Below are positions 30,847 to 42,441 of a stretch of 64,000 bases of DNA, piece after piece. The stretch lies in IMG/VR virus record IMGVR_UViG_3300014613_000025, positions 1 through 64,000 of that record; one strand, written 5' to 3'. Under the pieces are notes generated by a model that was not told the origin of the DNA, made no database searches, and saw only the letters and a program-made list of their open reading frames with translations. Position 1 is the stretch's first letter; each line of letters opens with the position of its first letter. A program made the position numbers and the translations under genes. The stretch comes from a virus. Taxonomy: Duplodnaviria; Caudoviricetes.

Positions 30847-31638
30847 CTAGCGCAACCGCATGCCGCCAGCAATTTGGTTGAGGCGAGCGACAAGGTCTGG
30901 CCTACGGAATTCAACGTGAAGGTTGCCGTTCTTGAAGCAACGGAACGCGAAGTAGGCGGTCGCACCCTTGCCGGTGCCATCGAGCGGAGTCGACTCCACC
31001 GCGTTGTAGACGTCGGAGCGATAACCCTTGTGGGCAAAGCCCTTGCCGTCAAGCGCGGTAAAGACGTTTTCGAGTGCCGTTAGTTGCGCCGCACGGTAGT
31101 AGTTCACTCGGTAGTGTGTCGACCAGTCGCTGCTAACCATTCGCTCCAAGATGGCCTTGGGGCCAATCTCATATTCGCTGTTGGTCTTGTGCCGCGAGCG
31201 AACCGGGCGCAAAAAGTCGAACACCTCGCGCACGGCCTCACCGTGTATCTCGGTTAGGTTATCGGCGTACCCCCTGGCAAACGCGTAGACACTTGCCTCA
31301 GTGACGGGTGGCAATTCGCCCCGCTCCAACTGGTTATCAAGCTCCTTCGCACGCTTGACCGAGAGCATGCTACGAATCTCCAAGCGGTCGACAATCGAGG
31401 CCCAGACGTCTCGCTTCAATGCCTCGATGGTGCTTGACGGGTTGTCGAACGATACCCCACCATGCTGACGGTCACGGATGCGAATGGTGCGATGGTTGCC
31501 CAGCGAGAAGGCATCGTTGAGGCTAGTCTCAGCGGCGTGGATTGACGCGAACGCTGACTCGATGTCAGCGACAGCGCGGCGATACGTTGCCACGAGCCCT
31601 GCGATTGTCGCACGCTTAGCAAGCTCCGCTGTGTTCAT
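30847..31638 (-). CDS. DUF4942-domain protein
   Basis: C-terminal YFAFRCFKNGNLHVEFRRPDLVARLNQIA. Confidence 0.8.
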   Translation of the reverse strand: MNTAELAKRATIAGLVATYRRAVADIESAFASIHAAETSLNDAFSLGNHRTIRIRDRQHGGVSFDNPSSTIEALKRDVWASIVDRLEIRSMLSVKRAKELDNQLERGELPPVTEASVYAFARGYADNLTEIHGEAVREVFDFLRPVRSRHKTNSEYEIGPKAILERMVSSDWSTHYRVNYYRAAQLTALENVFTALDGKGFAHKGYRSDVYNAVESTPLDGTGKGATAYFAFRCFKNGNLHVEFRRPDLVARLNQIAGGMRLR

Positions 31639-31690
31639 TGGGTAGATTCTCCCCTATCGGTTGATGCGAAACGCCACGGTTACGGAAACA

Positions 31691-31710
31691 AGTGTAACAG
31701 GTGTTACACT
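31691..31710. promoter_or_regulatory. perfect 20-bp palindrome, candidate operator
   Basis: AGTGTAACA-GG-TGTTACACT in the intergenic gap above the DUF4942 gene. Confidence 0.55.
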
Positions 31711-31720
31711 TTGGAACGTG

Positions 31721-33748
31721 TCAGGCAACGATGCCACGCAACGAGGTGAACGCCTTGGCGAGCGAGACATCAACCGCTTGGCGTACCTCGTCCGGTTCGC
31801 GGTCTAGCGCATTCCAAACGGATTCGTTCGCACGGTTGAACCCTTCGAAGTCGCCGGTGCTAGCCAACGCGAGGTTGGCTGTTAGTCGCGCGATGTACCA
31901 CGCTACGGCATCGTTAGTACTGATAGGCATCGGTCAACCTGCTTTCTTTTCGGACTTCTCCGCTAGTTCCAAAGAGGCAAGCGCGAGGTATAGCAACTGT
32001 AACGCGTTGGACAGTTCAACCTTGCCGGTCTCAGTGATGGGCCGCATGCCCCGCAATGCCTCGATGGTGCGCACGGTGTTGTCGATTGCGTCGTCGATGT
32101 TCATTCGGCCCATCCTTTCACGGTCTCAAGCGCTTCATGGTGCCCTCAGCAGTTGCAATGCGTGTGCCAATCAGGCCGTGCTTCCCACCAGCCAAAGTTC
32201 AACCACGGTCTCAAGCGCTTCCGTCAATGCCTCGTGCCTCGTTGCCCCTGCGCCGATGATGTCGCCATCAAAGTCCAGTCCTGGGTCCACAACGAAGTAG
32301 CGCGGCAACCCTTCCTTGACGCCATCTGCATCCGTCTCTTGGACGTCGATGGCCGTAACGCCTAGCAGGTTGCAAAGCGCGCATCGGGTGTCGTCGATTG
32401 TGTGGGTGTTGTTCTTCATGGTGCTCTCAGTAGTTGCAAGTGCGATGCCACAGTTACCGGCCACGATAGGGCGAACTTGAGACGGTAGGCCGCTGCCCCC
32501 CGCCGTTGTCGTTGTCATGTGCGGCGGCATACCAGCCCTCGCGTTCGAGGTTCGACTTGGGGTTGTCCAAGTCTTGGATGGCTTCCCACATGACCCACAT
32601 GACCCAACCGTGGTGCCTGCGCTCGTTATCCTGATTCGTCATGGCGACTCCTGCCGGGGTCACCGCGACCCCGTTGTGCGGGTTGGGGTTATGCGTCGAG
32701 TGCGTACTCCGCTGCGCAAGCGCGGCACATGGTCTGGCCGTCGAGGTATCCGCCTTCGGCACGGACCGGCGACTGGCCCTCTTGCGGTTGCAGGATGCGA
32801 CCACAAGCGCAGCGGAACGCGCGGGCGGTTGCACCACGGTAGGCTGAGACCACCGCGTCAGCGTGGGCATCGGCATCGTAGCGGGCTTGGATTTCGGCGT
32901 GGGTCGCGTCTCGGTTGCTGTTGTTTTGGTTCTTCATGGTACTCTCAACCTTTGCAATGCGTGTGCCAGGTTCAGCCGCCCATCTGTTCCGCTGACTCGC
33001 GCGCTTCGTTCTCGGCAGCCGCAAAGCGGAGAGCTTCGGCGACACCCTTCAGCGCGCGCTTGCTGCCCCGGAGTGCTCGTCCACACATCCTGACCTGCGC
33101 GTCGTCGCCGAACCGGTTGGCCTCGTCGCGGAGTTTGCAGATTTGTTCGTAGGTGGGATTGCTGCTGTTGGTCTTGCTGGTCATGGTTCGTGTCCTCCTA
33201 CGGCCTCAGGCCGGGAACCGCGAAGGCTACCCGGCCGGGGTTGGGGTTGGAGAGAGCCTATACGGCTACCGTGTATCCGTTGCGCTTAGCGTGGCGGTTG
33301 ACGCCTTCGACCCATTCCTGAGCCGATTCTTCCGACACGAAGTCCATCGTGCTTTGGATGGTGATGCCTTCGAGGTTGCCAGAGATGAAGGTCTGGGAGA
33401 AGGTGAGGGTGTAGGGGTAGGGGTTGCTGCTGTTGTTTTGGTTTTTCATGGTACCAATTCCTAATGCAAACGCGGTGCCAATCAGGCCGGGGTGTGCGCG
33501 CGGACGAGAGCACGAACCGTGTTTTCGTAGGTTGCCGTGAAAACCCAGATGGCGGCATCGTAATCGCCAGCGAAGGTAGCCTTGGGGAATTCAACCTGAA
33601 ACGACTGCCAAAGGCCCATGCTCATATCGGTATCGGGTTCGTCTCCGCTAAAGACGCAGTAGTTTACGTGATCTTCCGCAGCGTCGACTGCGAACTTGAT
33701 GACGCGAGCGGTTGTCTTGCCGATGTCGTATTGGGTGATGTTCTTCAT
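31721..33748 (-). CDS. block 1 small ORFs (33482-33748, 33258-33449, 32972-33184, 32689-32937, 32454-32642, 32171-32419, 31934-32104, 31721-31930)
   Basis: starts fixed by a sigma54 motif 17 nt upstream or by an SD; no recognisable domains. Confidence 0.7.
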
Positions 33749-33779
33749 GGTGCCCCCAACCTATGCACTCCGCATGCCA
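32154..33779 (-). promoter_or_regulatory. block 1: five sigma54 (-24/-12) promoters
   Basis: 32154-32169 TGGCACACGCATTGCA; 32435-32450 TGGCATCGCACTTGCA; 32953-32968 TGGCACACGCATTGCA; 33465-33480 TGGCACCGCGTTTGCA; 33764-33779 TGGCATGCGGAGTGCA. Confidence 0.88.
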
Positions 33780-33846
33780 CGCGCAACCCGAAAGCGTAAA
33801 CGCCTAGAACGAGGCTGCGCCGCGCATATCATTGCGCCGCCAGACC

Positions 33847-34236
33847 ACGACTTTGAAGTCAGGGCCATGCAAACTTTGCCGATTCGTCCAAAAGTGTATG
33901 GTCACTATTTGGCCTTGTCCTTAGAAACAAGCGGTATTGCGTTTGGTTGCGCGGATAACAACCATGGCATCCATGTCATGGTGTGCGAAAACGTCGGGGT
34001 TTTGGGGGTAACTTCAGCAGTCCTAATGTTACCGCGAGACGCTACCGGGGCCAGCGCTGACCATGACATCCATGTCATAGCGGATGGCCCCCAAACGCGC
34101 GATGCTCGGTAAACGTAGGCTAACGTCCCCATGACATCCATGTCATAGCAAACCGGGTCGGCCTTGCCATGCTGCGCGAATACATGCGCAGCGATAGCGT
34201 TTTCGCGTTGCAGGGCGACTATGACATTGATGTCAT
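33847..34236. repeat. palindrome cluster A: 5 x A(T/C)G(A/G)C-N6-GTCA(T/G)
   Basis: copies start at 33847, 33964, 34063, 34131, 34221. Confidence 0.85.
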
Positions 34237-34481
34237 ACCCATGAACCATGCCTAGAAAACGTCTCTCCGGGTCAACCGCTGGCTTGGTGCTCCACCCTCG
34301 CCGCGCAGGGTGGCCATGATGGCGAGGACATGCGCTATCGTATCGCGAGCCGCTTGTGTCTCGCACACGTCGGGGTCGGACGCTATCGGGGTTATCGCGT
34401 TCGCAAGCTCAGCCGCTAGGTCCGCCGCGTTGAAGGGCCGCTCGCTAGCGATACGCCTAGCGGCGTGGATGCCAACCAGAC

Positions 34482-37400
34482 TCACGACGGCCCCGCAGTG
34501 CCGCGAGGTTGGCTGTAGCGGGATTCCGCTACCGCCCCGGCGCAAGCGTCGCGAGCGAACCGTTGGGCCACCTCTGACGGGTAGCTGCCCCCGTCATCGA
34601 GGTACACCCCCAACGCTATCTCGCATAGCTTCACCTGTTCAGTGTCGCCAGCCATGGCGGCTTCGTTGAGCAAGTCGCCAATCTGTCTGTCCGTCACGTA
34701 GTTTGATCCCATGTTATTCGTCCTTCTCGGTTGCTGAGATGGCCTTTGATAGCGCCAGCGCGGTGTGCAGGATGGCGACCTGGACAAGTTCTCTGCCTTC
34801 AGCGGTAGACGGTTCGACCTTGTGTAACGCGTCCAGTGCCTCGTCCAGCGCCGCTAGCGCGGTAGCGTGCGGGGTGTGGTCCGTGGTCATGACAGACGGT
34901 CCCATCCGCCGTTGCGCCGCTGGATTTCGACACGACCCCACGCGTCGTCAAAGTAGGGGCGCATGGCGCGAGCGAGCGCACGCTCCGCGCTTGTCACGGA
35001 CTTGGCGCGCGTCGCGATGACGTGGCCGACATCGTTACCAGTCTCGCCCACTACCAACCGGAAGGTTGAGCCGTAGGCTTCGTTGGGGTCGTTCTTGTTC
35101 GTGGTCATGTTCGTGGTCTCCTTGTCTCTCAGCGTTGCAAGCGTTACGCCAACTGCCAACCCTTGGGCAAGTCACACGGCAAGAATTCCGCGTTACCGGC
35201 AACGATAACCCCGACCGTTGGGCTCGCGACGCAACCGCACGCGCCGTCGCCAAAGGGCGACCCGTCCCACGGCACGACGCTAACGAGGTCAGCACTAGCG
35301 TTGTGCGCGCACACCTCCGCAACGTCTCGCGACTCGACCATCACACACCACTCGTTCGCGCTTGGTCCTTCCAGGTCGAACCAGATTGCATCATCGCAAG
35401 CGAGTCCGTTAGGGTCTCCGCCGCGAAGGGTGGCGATGTGGAGCGCGCTGGGCTTGGTTGTCGTTGTCATGTTCGTATCCTCCTACGCGCCTAAGCCTGC
35501 AAGGCGTGAGCCAAGCAGGCGAAGCGGTGTGGGTTGTGGTTAGAAATTGTAATCGTAGTACTTGTGCCTCGCTCCGATGGTAACGCGTTCCGTGCTGCGC
35601 GACACTCGCCAAGTGCCATCCTTGCGGAGCGTGGCCTTGGTGGTGGGGCCATCCAAGTCTCGTTCGTAGGAGTAGCGCTGGACGCCTTCAGTATGGCCGA
35701 AGAACCCACCAGGTGTGAACGTCAACGCGTCAGGTTCGCCGGAATTGAAGCCGTTGAGCAGGGTGGCCTTGTCGCGCTGCAACGTGATTGTCTTGCCGTT
35801 AGCCGACACGGCGATGACGGTTTGGGGAGTGGAGTCGCTGTAGTGGTGAATGGTGGCACCGTCACCAACCGCAGGCTTGTTCCGCGCCAACCGCATGGCC
35901 TTAGTGAACGAACCTCCGCAATCACAGACAATATTTCGGACGTCCAATACTGATGGGGTGCGCCCGTGGCGCTCCATGGTAGCGACGATGATTTCGCGCA
36001 GCGAAGCGGTAGCGATTGACGGGTATGTCCAGCGCAGTAGGTAGTCCTCGCACAGTTCGTCAACGCGCTCGTTCTGGGTGTCGGTCAAGGTTGTCGTTGT
36101 CATTGTCGTTGTCCTCCTACGCGTTACCTTTGCAATTCTAGTGCCACCGCTACGCCCTAGCCAAGAATCCTTTGCGGATTGCCAGGTACGCTTGCGACTG
36201 TTCGTTGCGGCCATGCTTCGCACACGTTGCAGCCATACGGCCAGCGGCATCGGCAGCCATCATGGCGGCATCAACCGAGCCGTTGTAGCGGGCGAGTGCA
36301 AAGACCTTGGCTGCGCGGGTTGGCGTCAAGGAGCCGCTCAGTATCTCTTTGATTTGGTCGATGTAGTTCATGACATCTTACCTTTGCAATCCTCGCGCCA
36401 ACTAGCGCCCGGTGTGCCTGAGATACCAGCGGACCGCGCCCGATTGAGTCTTGAACGTCTTGCTGACGGTAAACGTCATGGCGAGCCAAGTGCCGTCCGG
36501 TTGCGCGAAAACGCCGCTCGACAGGCTCTCGTTGTTGCCCATGTCAAGGGTCCGGTTCGTTACGGTCGGGGTTGTCGTTGTGGTCTTCATGATGCTTTCC
36601 TTCGGTGCAAACCTGATGCCAACCGCTACACTTCGACGATGACGCAATCGCCATTGTCGATGGCGCGCACGAAGCTGGCGGTAGCACTGTTGGCCCAATA
36701 CGAGCCGCAGTTTTCGAGGTAGCGCGAGAACACGCCAGCAAGTTGGGCAGACCTGAAAGTCTTGCGTGCGCGCTTGCCATTGATGGGGTCCGTGTAGCGG
36801 ACCGTGGTGCGTCCGGTACGGGTTGTCGTGGTCTCGATGTCGGCGTTGTATTGAGTCGTCATGATGCTTGTTCCTTATGCGAGCGGCGTGCCAATCACTC
36901 CCACGAACCGTTACGCGTTCGGGTCAAGCCAACGGAGCGGCGGATGCCGTTGCTCGCGCGAGCCCTGGCGTTACGTGCGTTCCGCGCCTTGTCCTGCGTT
37001 GCCGCTTCGGTGCGTGCGCAAGTGCGTCCAGACTCGGTCAACGAAAGGTAATCGGCGTCGAATACGTCGCCTTCTGCGAGGCCGTAGGCCACAAGTGCGC
37101 CGAGAGTCTCCCATCCGCATCGCGGGGTCTGGTTGAGGTAGAGGGCCAGGAGTGCATCGCGCTGGGTTCTGGTGAGCTTATTCATGGGAGATTCCTTATG
37201 CGATACTTGTGCCAAGTGGTCTAGCCGTTGTGGCGATGGCCGCTGCCGTTGCAACGGTAGCAGCAACCGCCGTTAATGTGGCGGTACTCAGGCAGCACAC
37301 CAGTCCCACCACAGCGCGGGCACTTGGCGGCTTCGCGCTCTGCGTTGGCGACTGCTGCCTGAACCTGGTAAAGCGCATCCAAGCGCGTTTCCGTGGCGGA

Positions 37401-37857
37401 ATCCATGGCCTTAGAGGTGGTCGCCATCAACAGGGCCAGCGGGTCGAAGGGTGCGGATGCATCGTAGGAGGCGTCAAGCGTCGGAGCGAAAGCAGCGCGA
37501 ATCTCGGCGATACGGTCGGCGATGGCATCGGAACCGGTTGCGATTGCCATTAGGTCAGCAACCACTTCGTCGTCGAGTGCGAGGAGGGCGGTGTTTTCGT
37601 TGGCGTTCATGATGATAATTCCTAATGCTAGATGCGTGCCAACTTGGCTAGCGAGCGCGGCGAGTCTTGCGAGTGGGCATCGTCAATTCGATATCGTCCA
37701 CCGTGAGGGTATTGACGGCCTTGGTGGTATTGAGCCAGCGGACGCAGCGGTCGCACATGCAACGCCCCGCATCTTCGGAATCCATAAAGCAGACGTTGGT
37801 TCCGTAGGTGGGGTGGTTGGTGTCGATGGTAACGTTGGCGTGTTCTGCGTTCGTCAT
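34482..37857 (-). CDS. block 2 small ORFs (37648-37857, 37221-37610, 36895-37185, 36626-36862, 36402-36590, 36150-36371, 35540-36103, 35144-35470, 34887-35108, 34714-34890, 34482-34712)
   Basis: nine have their own sigma54 motif; 37221-37610 ends in a CPRCGGTG...CYRCNGSG zinc ribbon. Confidence 0.7.
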
Positions 37858-37888
37858 GGTGCTTCGACACAATGCAACAGCGATGCCA
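35136..37888 (-). promoter_or_regulatory. block 2: nine sigma54 promoters
   Basis: 35136 TGGCGTAACGCTTGCA; 35498 TGGCTCACGCCTTGCA; 36131 TGGCACTAGAATTGCA; 36385 TGGCGCGAGGATTGCA; 36606 TGGCATCAGGTTTGCA; 36878 TGGCACGCCGCTCGCA; 37199 TGGCACAAGTATCGCA; 37626 TGGCACGCATCTAGCA; 37873 TGGCATCGCTGTTGCA (16-bp, lower coordinate given). Confidence 0.88.
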
Positions 37889-37978
37889 ACCAGACAACCT
37901 AGCCCAACCGCATATCATTACGCTGGCACTGCACGGAACCACCGATGTTCAGTGCTTTGGCGGGGCTGAAATGTATGG

Positions 37979-38443
37979 TGCCATACATGCAGGACTAAAC
38001 GTATGACTTCAATGTCATAGGGCCTTTAGCGCTTTGATTCTCGATGAAACGTGACGCCAAAGGGGAATGACCATACATGTAGGAGCAAACGTATGACTTG
38101 AAAGTCATAGGGCCAAACCGTCACGATGTGCCTAGAAAACAAGCGTGGCGCGCAAAGCGTGGCTGAATGACCATACACGTAGGAGCAAACGCATGGCGCC
38201 GTGGTCATACTGAACAAGGCCCAACCCCATCGAGCGGACCTTGGCGCCGTGGTCCGATGTCGAATGTTCGCGTTGGCCTTGTTCTGTAGCGTTTAGCGTT
38301 CGTTGGGCCACGAGTCCGCAACGTTTGCATACCACCACGACATCAAAGTCATAGGTGTTTCGGGTTCGCGGAATGCCTTGAATCGTAGCGGCAAGCGCGG
38401 CGTGACCATACATGCAGGAGCAAATGCATGACTTCAATGTCAT
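37979..38443. repeat. palindrome cluster B: 5 palindromes, four embedded in a ~45-bp direct repeat
   Basis: palindromes at 38003, 38093, 38193, 38337, 38428; unit GACCATACA(T/C)G(T/C)AGGAGCAAA(C/T)G(T/C)ATG(A/G)C-N6-GTCAT. Confidence 0.85.
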
Positions 38444-38617
38444 GGTGCTGTGTGGGATAGCGTGTGGGCTGGTGGCAACCTGTGGGAGCTATTCGTTGAC
38501 AGCGTGGAATAGTGCGGCGTTTTGGACGGTGGGCCATTGCTGGGCCAAGGATGGGCCTAGGACGCGTCGGGGTGGCGCCATGGCATCCAAGGCCAACCTG
38601 TGGCCGAAAGGGCCGTC

Positions 38618-41600
38618 CTAGGCCAACGTCGCGCGCCAATACCAGAGACCGCGCGCGCCGGTTGACTGGTAGAATACCTCGCCACGGTCCCCAACGTCTC
38701 CGTGGGTTGGAGCGCCGATACCGTGCAGGTAGTATCGTTCGCCATCATCCGCGCGGATTGTCCAGACGTAGGCGTTATAGTGGCAGGGTTTGCCTACGAT
38801 GGTAGCTGGTTTGCCTGTGGGCGAAATGTCAAGGTAAGCCTGGGCCAACCTAACCATGTTGGGCGCTCCGGGTATTGCGTGAGATACCAGATACTCTGCC
38901 AATTGCCTGGGTGACATGTCGTCGGGGTCGATTGGATTATTCTGTTCCACTATTCCTCCTTACAGGCTCAGATAAAGGCCGGTCTCATCGGTGAACAAGG
39001 TCTTCAACCCATCGGCGTAGATGTCGCTATGCGCGCTGCGCTTGGTTGCCTTGCCGCCACGGACCGTCCAGAATTCAACGGTGTAGGTGTCGCTAGGGTC
39101 CAAGCGAACCTTGACCATGTTTGACTTGTTACGGGCGCGCGCCTTGAACCGGAATGACGCGGTGTCCTCCGTCCCGAAGAACGATGACGCGCCAAGCATG
39201 GCGGAGAGTCGGCCCGTGCCGCCCATCTGGGCTAGGATTGTGTTTGCAACTTCGAGGTTGGTTTGCGTTGTCATGATGCTTTCCTGTCTTGCACGAGCCG
39301 TGCCATCACTTGCTGGCGAGGTAGGCAACCACTCGGCGCAGGTCGCGTGCGCCAAGGGATCCGAACCTGTCAGCGATCCATCCGCCGTCCGAGTCGCTAA
39401 CGCTAGCGCTCGTTCCTTTGCCGCAAGCGGAAGGGGTTACGGTAAGCACTGCGTCAGCCGGAACCTGGCGCACGCGAACCTTGGTCCCCTCGTAGCAACC
39501 CGCGTTGACGTAGGCGAGCGGTTGGCCCCAAAGGGCGGAGCAGAGGTCAGCGGCTGAGACGGTGATGGGGTTGGTGAAGTTCGTCATGGTGTTGGTTCTC
39601 TTTGCACGAGCCGTGCCACTAACGCAGCATGCCCCGCGTGGCATGCGCCAGCGGGGCGGTTGGCGTGGGTTCTGGCTACACGCTCTCGGCCACTTCCTGC
39701 AAACGCCGCATCCAATACGCCTTCTCTTCCCTGCCGCCAATCACCATCTCATTGGCTGCGCGGCAAGCCTCAACGTGCGAGTAAAACCCGCACTCGCCAG
39801 CGTTGGGCGCGTTGGCAACGAGGGAGGCGAATCGGGCCTTGCCAGCAAGGATGCAGCGTTCGGATTTGGCGATCTGGTTGGTGATGTAGGTTGCGGTATT
39901 CATGGTTCGTGTTCTCCTTGCCAGATAGCAATGCACTCCGCGTGCCAACCGCTACCAGTCCTCCAACCACTCGATGGTGGCCCCGTCTTCCAGCAAGGCC
40001 CACGGGCGGCCATCGTGGTAAACGAGCACGAACCAAAGATGCCACTCGCCGATTTTGTTACACACGTGAGGGCGGCCCATGATGTCGCTGGTTTTGATGT
40101 AGTCGGAGCAAGCGGCTTGGGTCGTGAAGGTCATGGTATTCATGGTGCTTGGTTCCTTTGCGAGACTCGTGCCAATGTCTACGCTATCCTGAGACCTGAC
40201 ACCAGCCTCTGGTTCGCTCGGCTGTAGGTGGCGGTGCTGACTCGGTCAAGCTCTGCCTTTGCCGCTGCATCGCCAGTCCACGCCTTCGTTGTCTTGTCGA
40301 ACGCGAATCCGCAGTCGCGGAGCAGTTTCGCTGCGGGGTAGGTGTTTCCGGTGATGGTGACTGTGTTCTCGTTGTTCATGATGACTCTTCCTTATGCACT
40401 CAGCGTGCCAATCATGCCCAGGTTTCGGTGCAGAGTACCTCGAACCCATTGACGCGACCCTTGCTGTCAAGCGATTCGCGCACCAGTCGGCGGACCTTGC
40501 GGCAAGTGTTGGTCTCCCAGAAGCAGCGGTATTCGACGGTCGGGGCCACGGTCGACTTGGTGTTGTTTTGGTTCTTCATGGTACAAGTTACCTTTGCACG
40601 CGTCGTGCCAGGTTCAACAAAACTAACCGTTCAGCATCCCCAGATCCAGATCTGGTAAGTGTTCAGATTGCCGTGTTCATGCAGATATTCGAGCGCATCG
40701 GCGAAGTCTTCGCGCGTCCAATCGAGCACGCGGATCGCTATCGATTCGTTCGAATAGCGCGGCTTGCGCGTTAGCATCTTTCCGTAGTCGTCGAGGTTCC
40801 ACTCACCTCCCCTGGCTCCTCGTTCCAACAACGCACGCAAGCCACGGGGGGTAAAAGCCCAGTAGTGATCGTACTGCTGAACGTATATTCTAGACATTGC
40901 AGCTATCTTCCTTGTCCAACCTAAGTTCCGTCGCTACGATCCTGCGAATGTAGGCTTCAATTTGGTCCCGCGATGCCATCCCAGGAATCCCTAGCCGCGT
41001 GGCTATCGTGCGGCGATCTTCGTCAGTTACCTCGACCAAAACTCGAATTTTCATGTCCCCCCCTACGCTCGGCAAAGGTGGACCCAGATCGACTTGATCG
41101 TCCACGTCCCATAGTCGGCATCGTCTACCATGTCCAAGTCGAACATGCGGTCGACCACGGCGTCCGAAACCCGGCGCTCCCACACGGGCCGAGCGGAGTC
41201 GAAGATCGACCACATTTTCTCGCCAAGGCCCGGCCTCATCAGAGTGACGGTCCCAGTACACTCCGCGAGGGCCTTTCGCAATCCGGCGGGTAGGCGAGCG
41301 GGGTTGTTGTCTGTGCCCGCGGTGCGCTTGCTCGTGCTCTTCATGGTTCGTGTCCTCCTGCTTGTTATCATTGCATTCAGCGTGCCAATCACTCCCCGCA
41401 GAATCCGTCGTCGCATAGACAAGCCGTTGCGTTGCCTTTCGCCCAATCCTTGGCCGCCGTCAAGGCTCGGAACCACTTGCTCTTACCATTGTCCAGGCAC
41501 ACTTCGTATTCGGTCCCATGGATTTGGCTTACAAGCACCGTGATTGTTCCCTCGCTATTCCCATCGATGGCGACGTCAATCCGTGCGCTTCCGTCCCAGT

Positions 41601-41897
41601 TGGTGACCTTGTCTCCGAACGTGACCTTGTTTGTTTGAGTCTTCATGGTACAAGTTACCTTTGCAGGACGTGTGCCAACCTGACGGCTCACTCGAATTCG
41701 GCGAACAGGTCAGGTTCGCCATCGGCGTCCACCGGGCGACCCTGGGCGACCCAATCGGCCTTGAATGCAGCGTGGCAAGCGGCAACGCGAGCGGATTCCG
41801 CTGCATCCGCGCGTCGCTCCTTAGCGGTGCGGTAGTAGTTCGCGGGGTTGCTGATGTAGGCGTGGACGTCTGCGAAGCTGGTTTGGTTGTTGTTCAT
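38618..41897 (-). CDS. block 3 small ORFs (41688-41897, 41389-41646, 41063-41344, 40890-41054, 40631-40897, 40412-40579, 40179-40379, 39952-40143, 39676-39903, 39306-39587, 38960-39274, 38618-38950)
   Basis: nine have their own sigma54 motif; 40412-40579 (55 aa) is not in the ORF track; 38960-39274 (ANTILAQMGG...VRLDPSDTYTVEF) resembles a widespread phage/ICE hypothetical. Confidence 0.7.
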
Positions 41898-41928
41898 GGT
41901 GCAATCCTACCTAGCACGCACTGTGCCA
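39290..41928 (-). promoter_or_regulatory. block 3: nine sigma54 promoters
   Basis: 39290 and 39603 TGGCACGGCTCGTGCA; 39932 TGGCACGCGGAGTGCA; 40159 TGGCACGAGTCTCGCA; 40395 TGGCACGCTGAGTGCA; 40595 TGGCACGACGCGTGCA; 41372 TGGCACGCTGAATGCA; 41662 TGGCACACGTCCTGCA; 41913 TGGCACAGTGCGTGCT. Confidence 0.88.
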
Positions 41929-41997
41929 ATACCCCAACGACACCGCGAAGCGCTACGTCTACCGACGAAAGCGCGTTCCACTGAGTGGATTCATACC

Positions 41998-42331
41998 ACG
42001 ACTTTCAAGTCGTGCCTGTGCAAAGTTTGCCGGTTTGGCCAAAAACGTATGGTCACTGTTCCGCGATACGCTATGAAACAAGGGTTAGCGTAACTTGCGC
42101 ACACCTGAACACCGCACGACTTTCAAGTCGTGGTGTTGCTGGCATGCCTTGTTTTGTGGCGTTTGGCAAAGGGTACAAGTAATGCTGGTACCCTTGGGGC
42201 CACGGCCCGCAACGGTGTGTGCGCTTGGTAGGACATGTGCGCTTGCCATGGCGTCAATGTCATACTGAACAAGCCAAACCGCACGACTTGCCGTAACCTG
42301 TAGGCTTTAGCCACCACGACTTCGATGTCAT
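41998..42331. repeat. palindrome cluster C: 4 copies
   Basis: 41998 and 42116 ACGAC-TTTCAA-GTCGT; 42248 ATGGC-GTCAAT-GTCAT; 42316 ACGAC-TTCGAT-GTCAT. Confidence 0.8.
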
Positions 42332-42441
42332 GCTGAACAAGCCCCAATGGTGCACGGTTGTTGTGTTTGGCTTTAGTTGTGCGGATATCGTGGTAGGCGG
42401 CGGGTATGGCGTGGATGTCGTGGTGGGTGTGCGTTCAGTGT

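Noticed and set aside
33905-34366. ORFs across palindrome clusters (33905-34366, 38132-38443, 42123-42347, 43579-43890)
   Set aside because: Translations just echo the DNA repeats (MTWMSW, YDFDV), with no promoter or SD of the local type.
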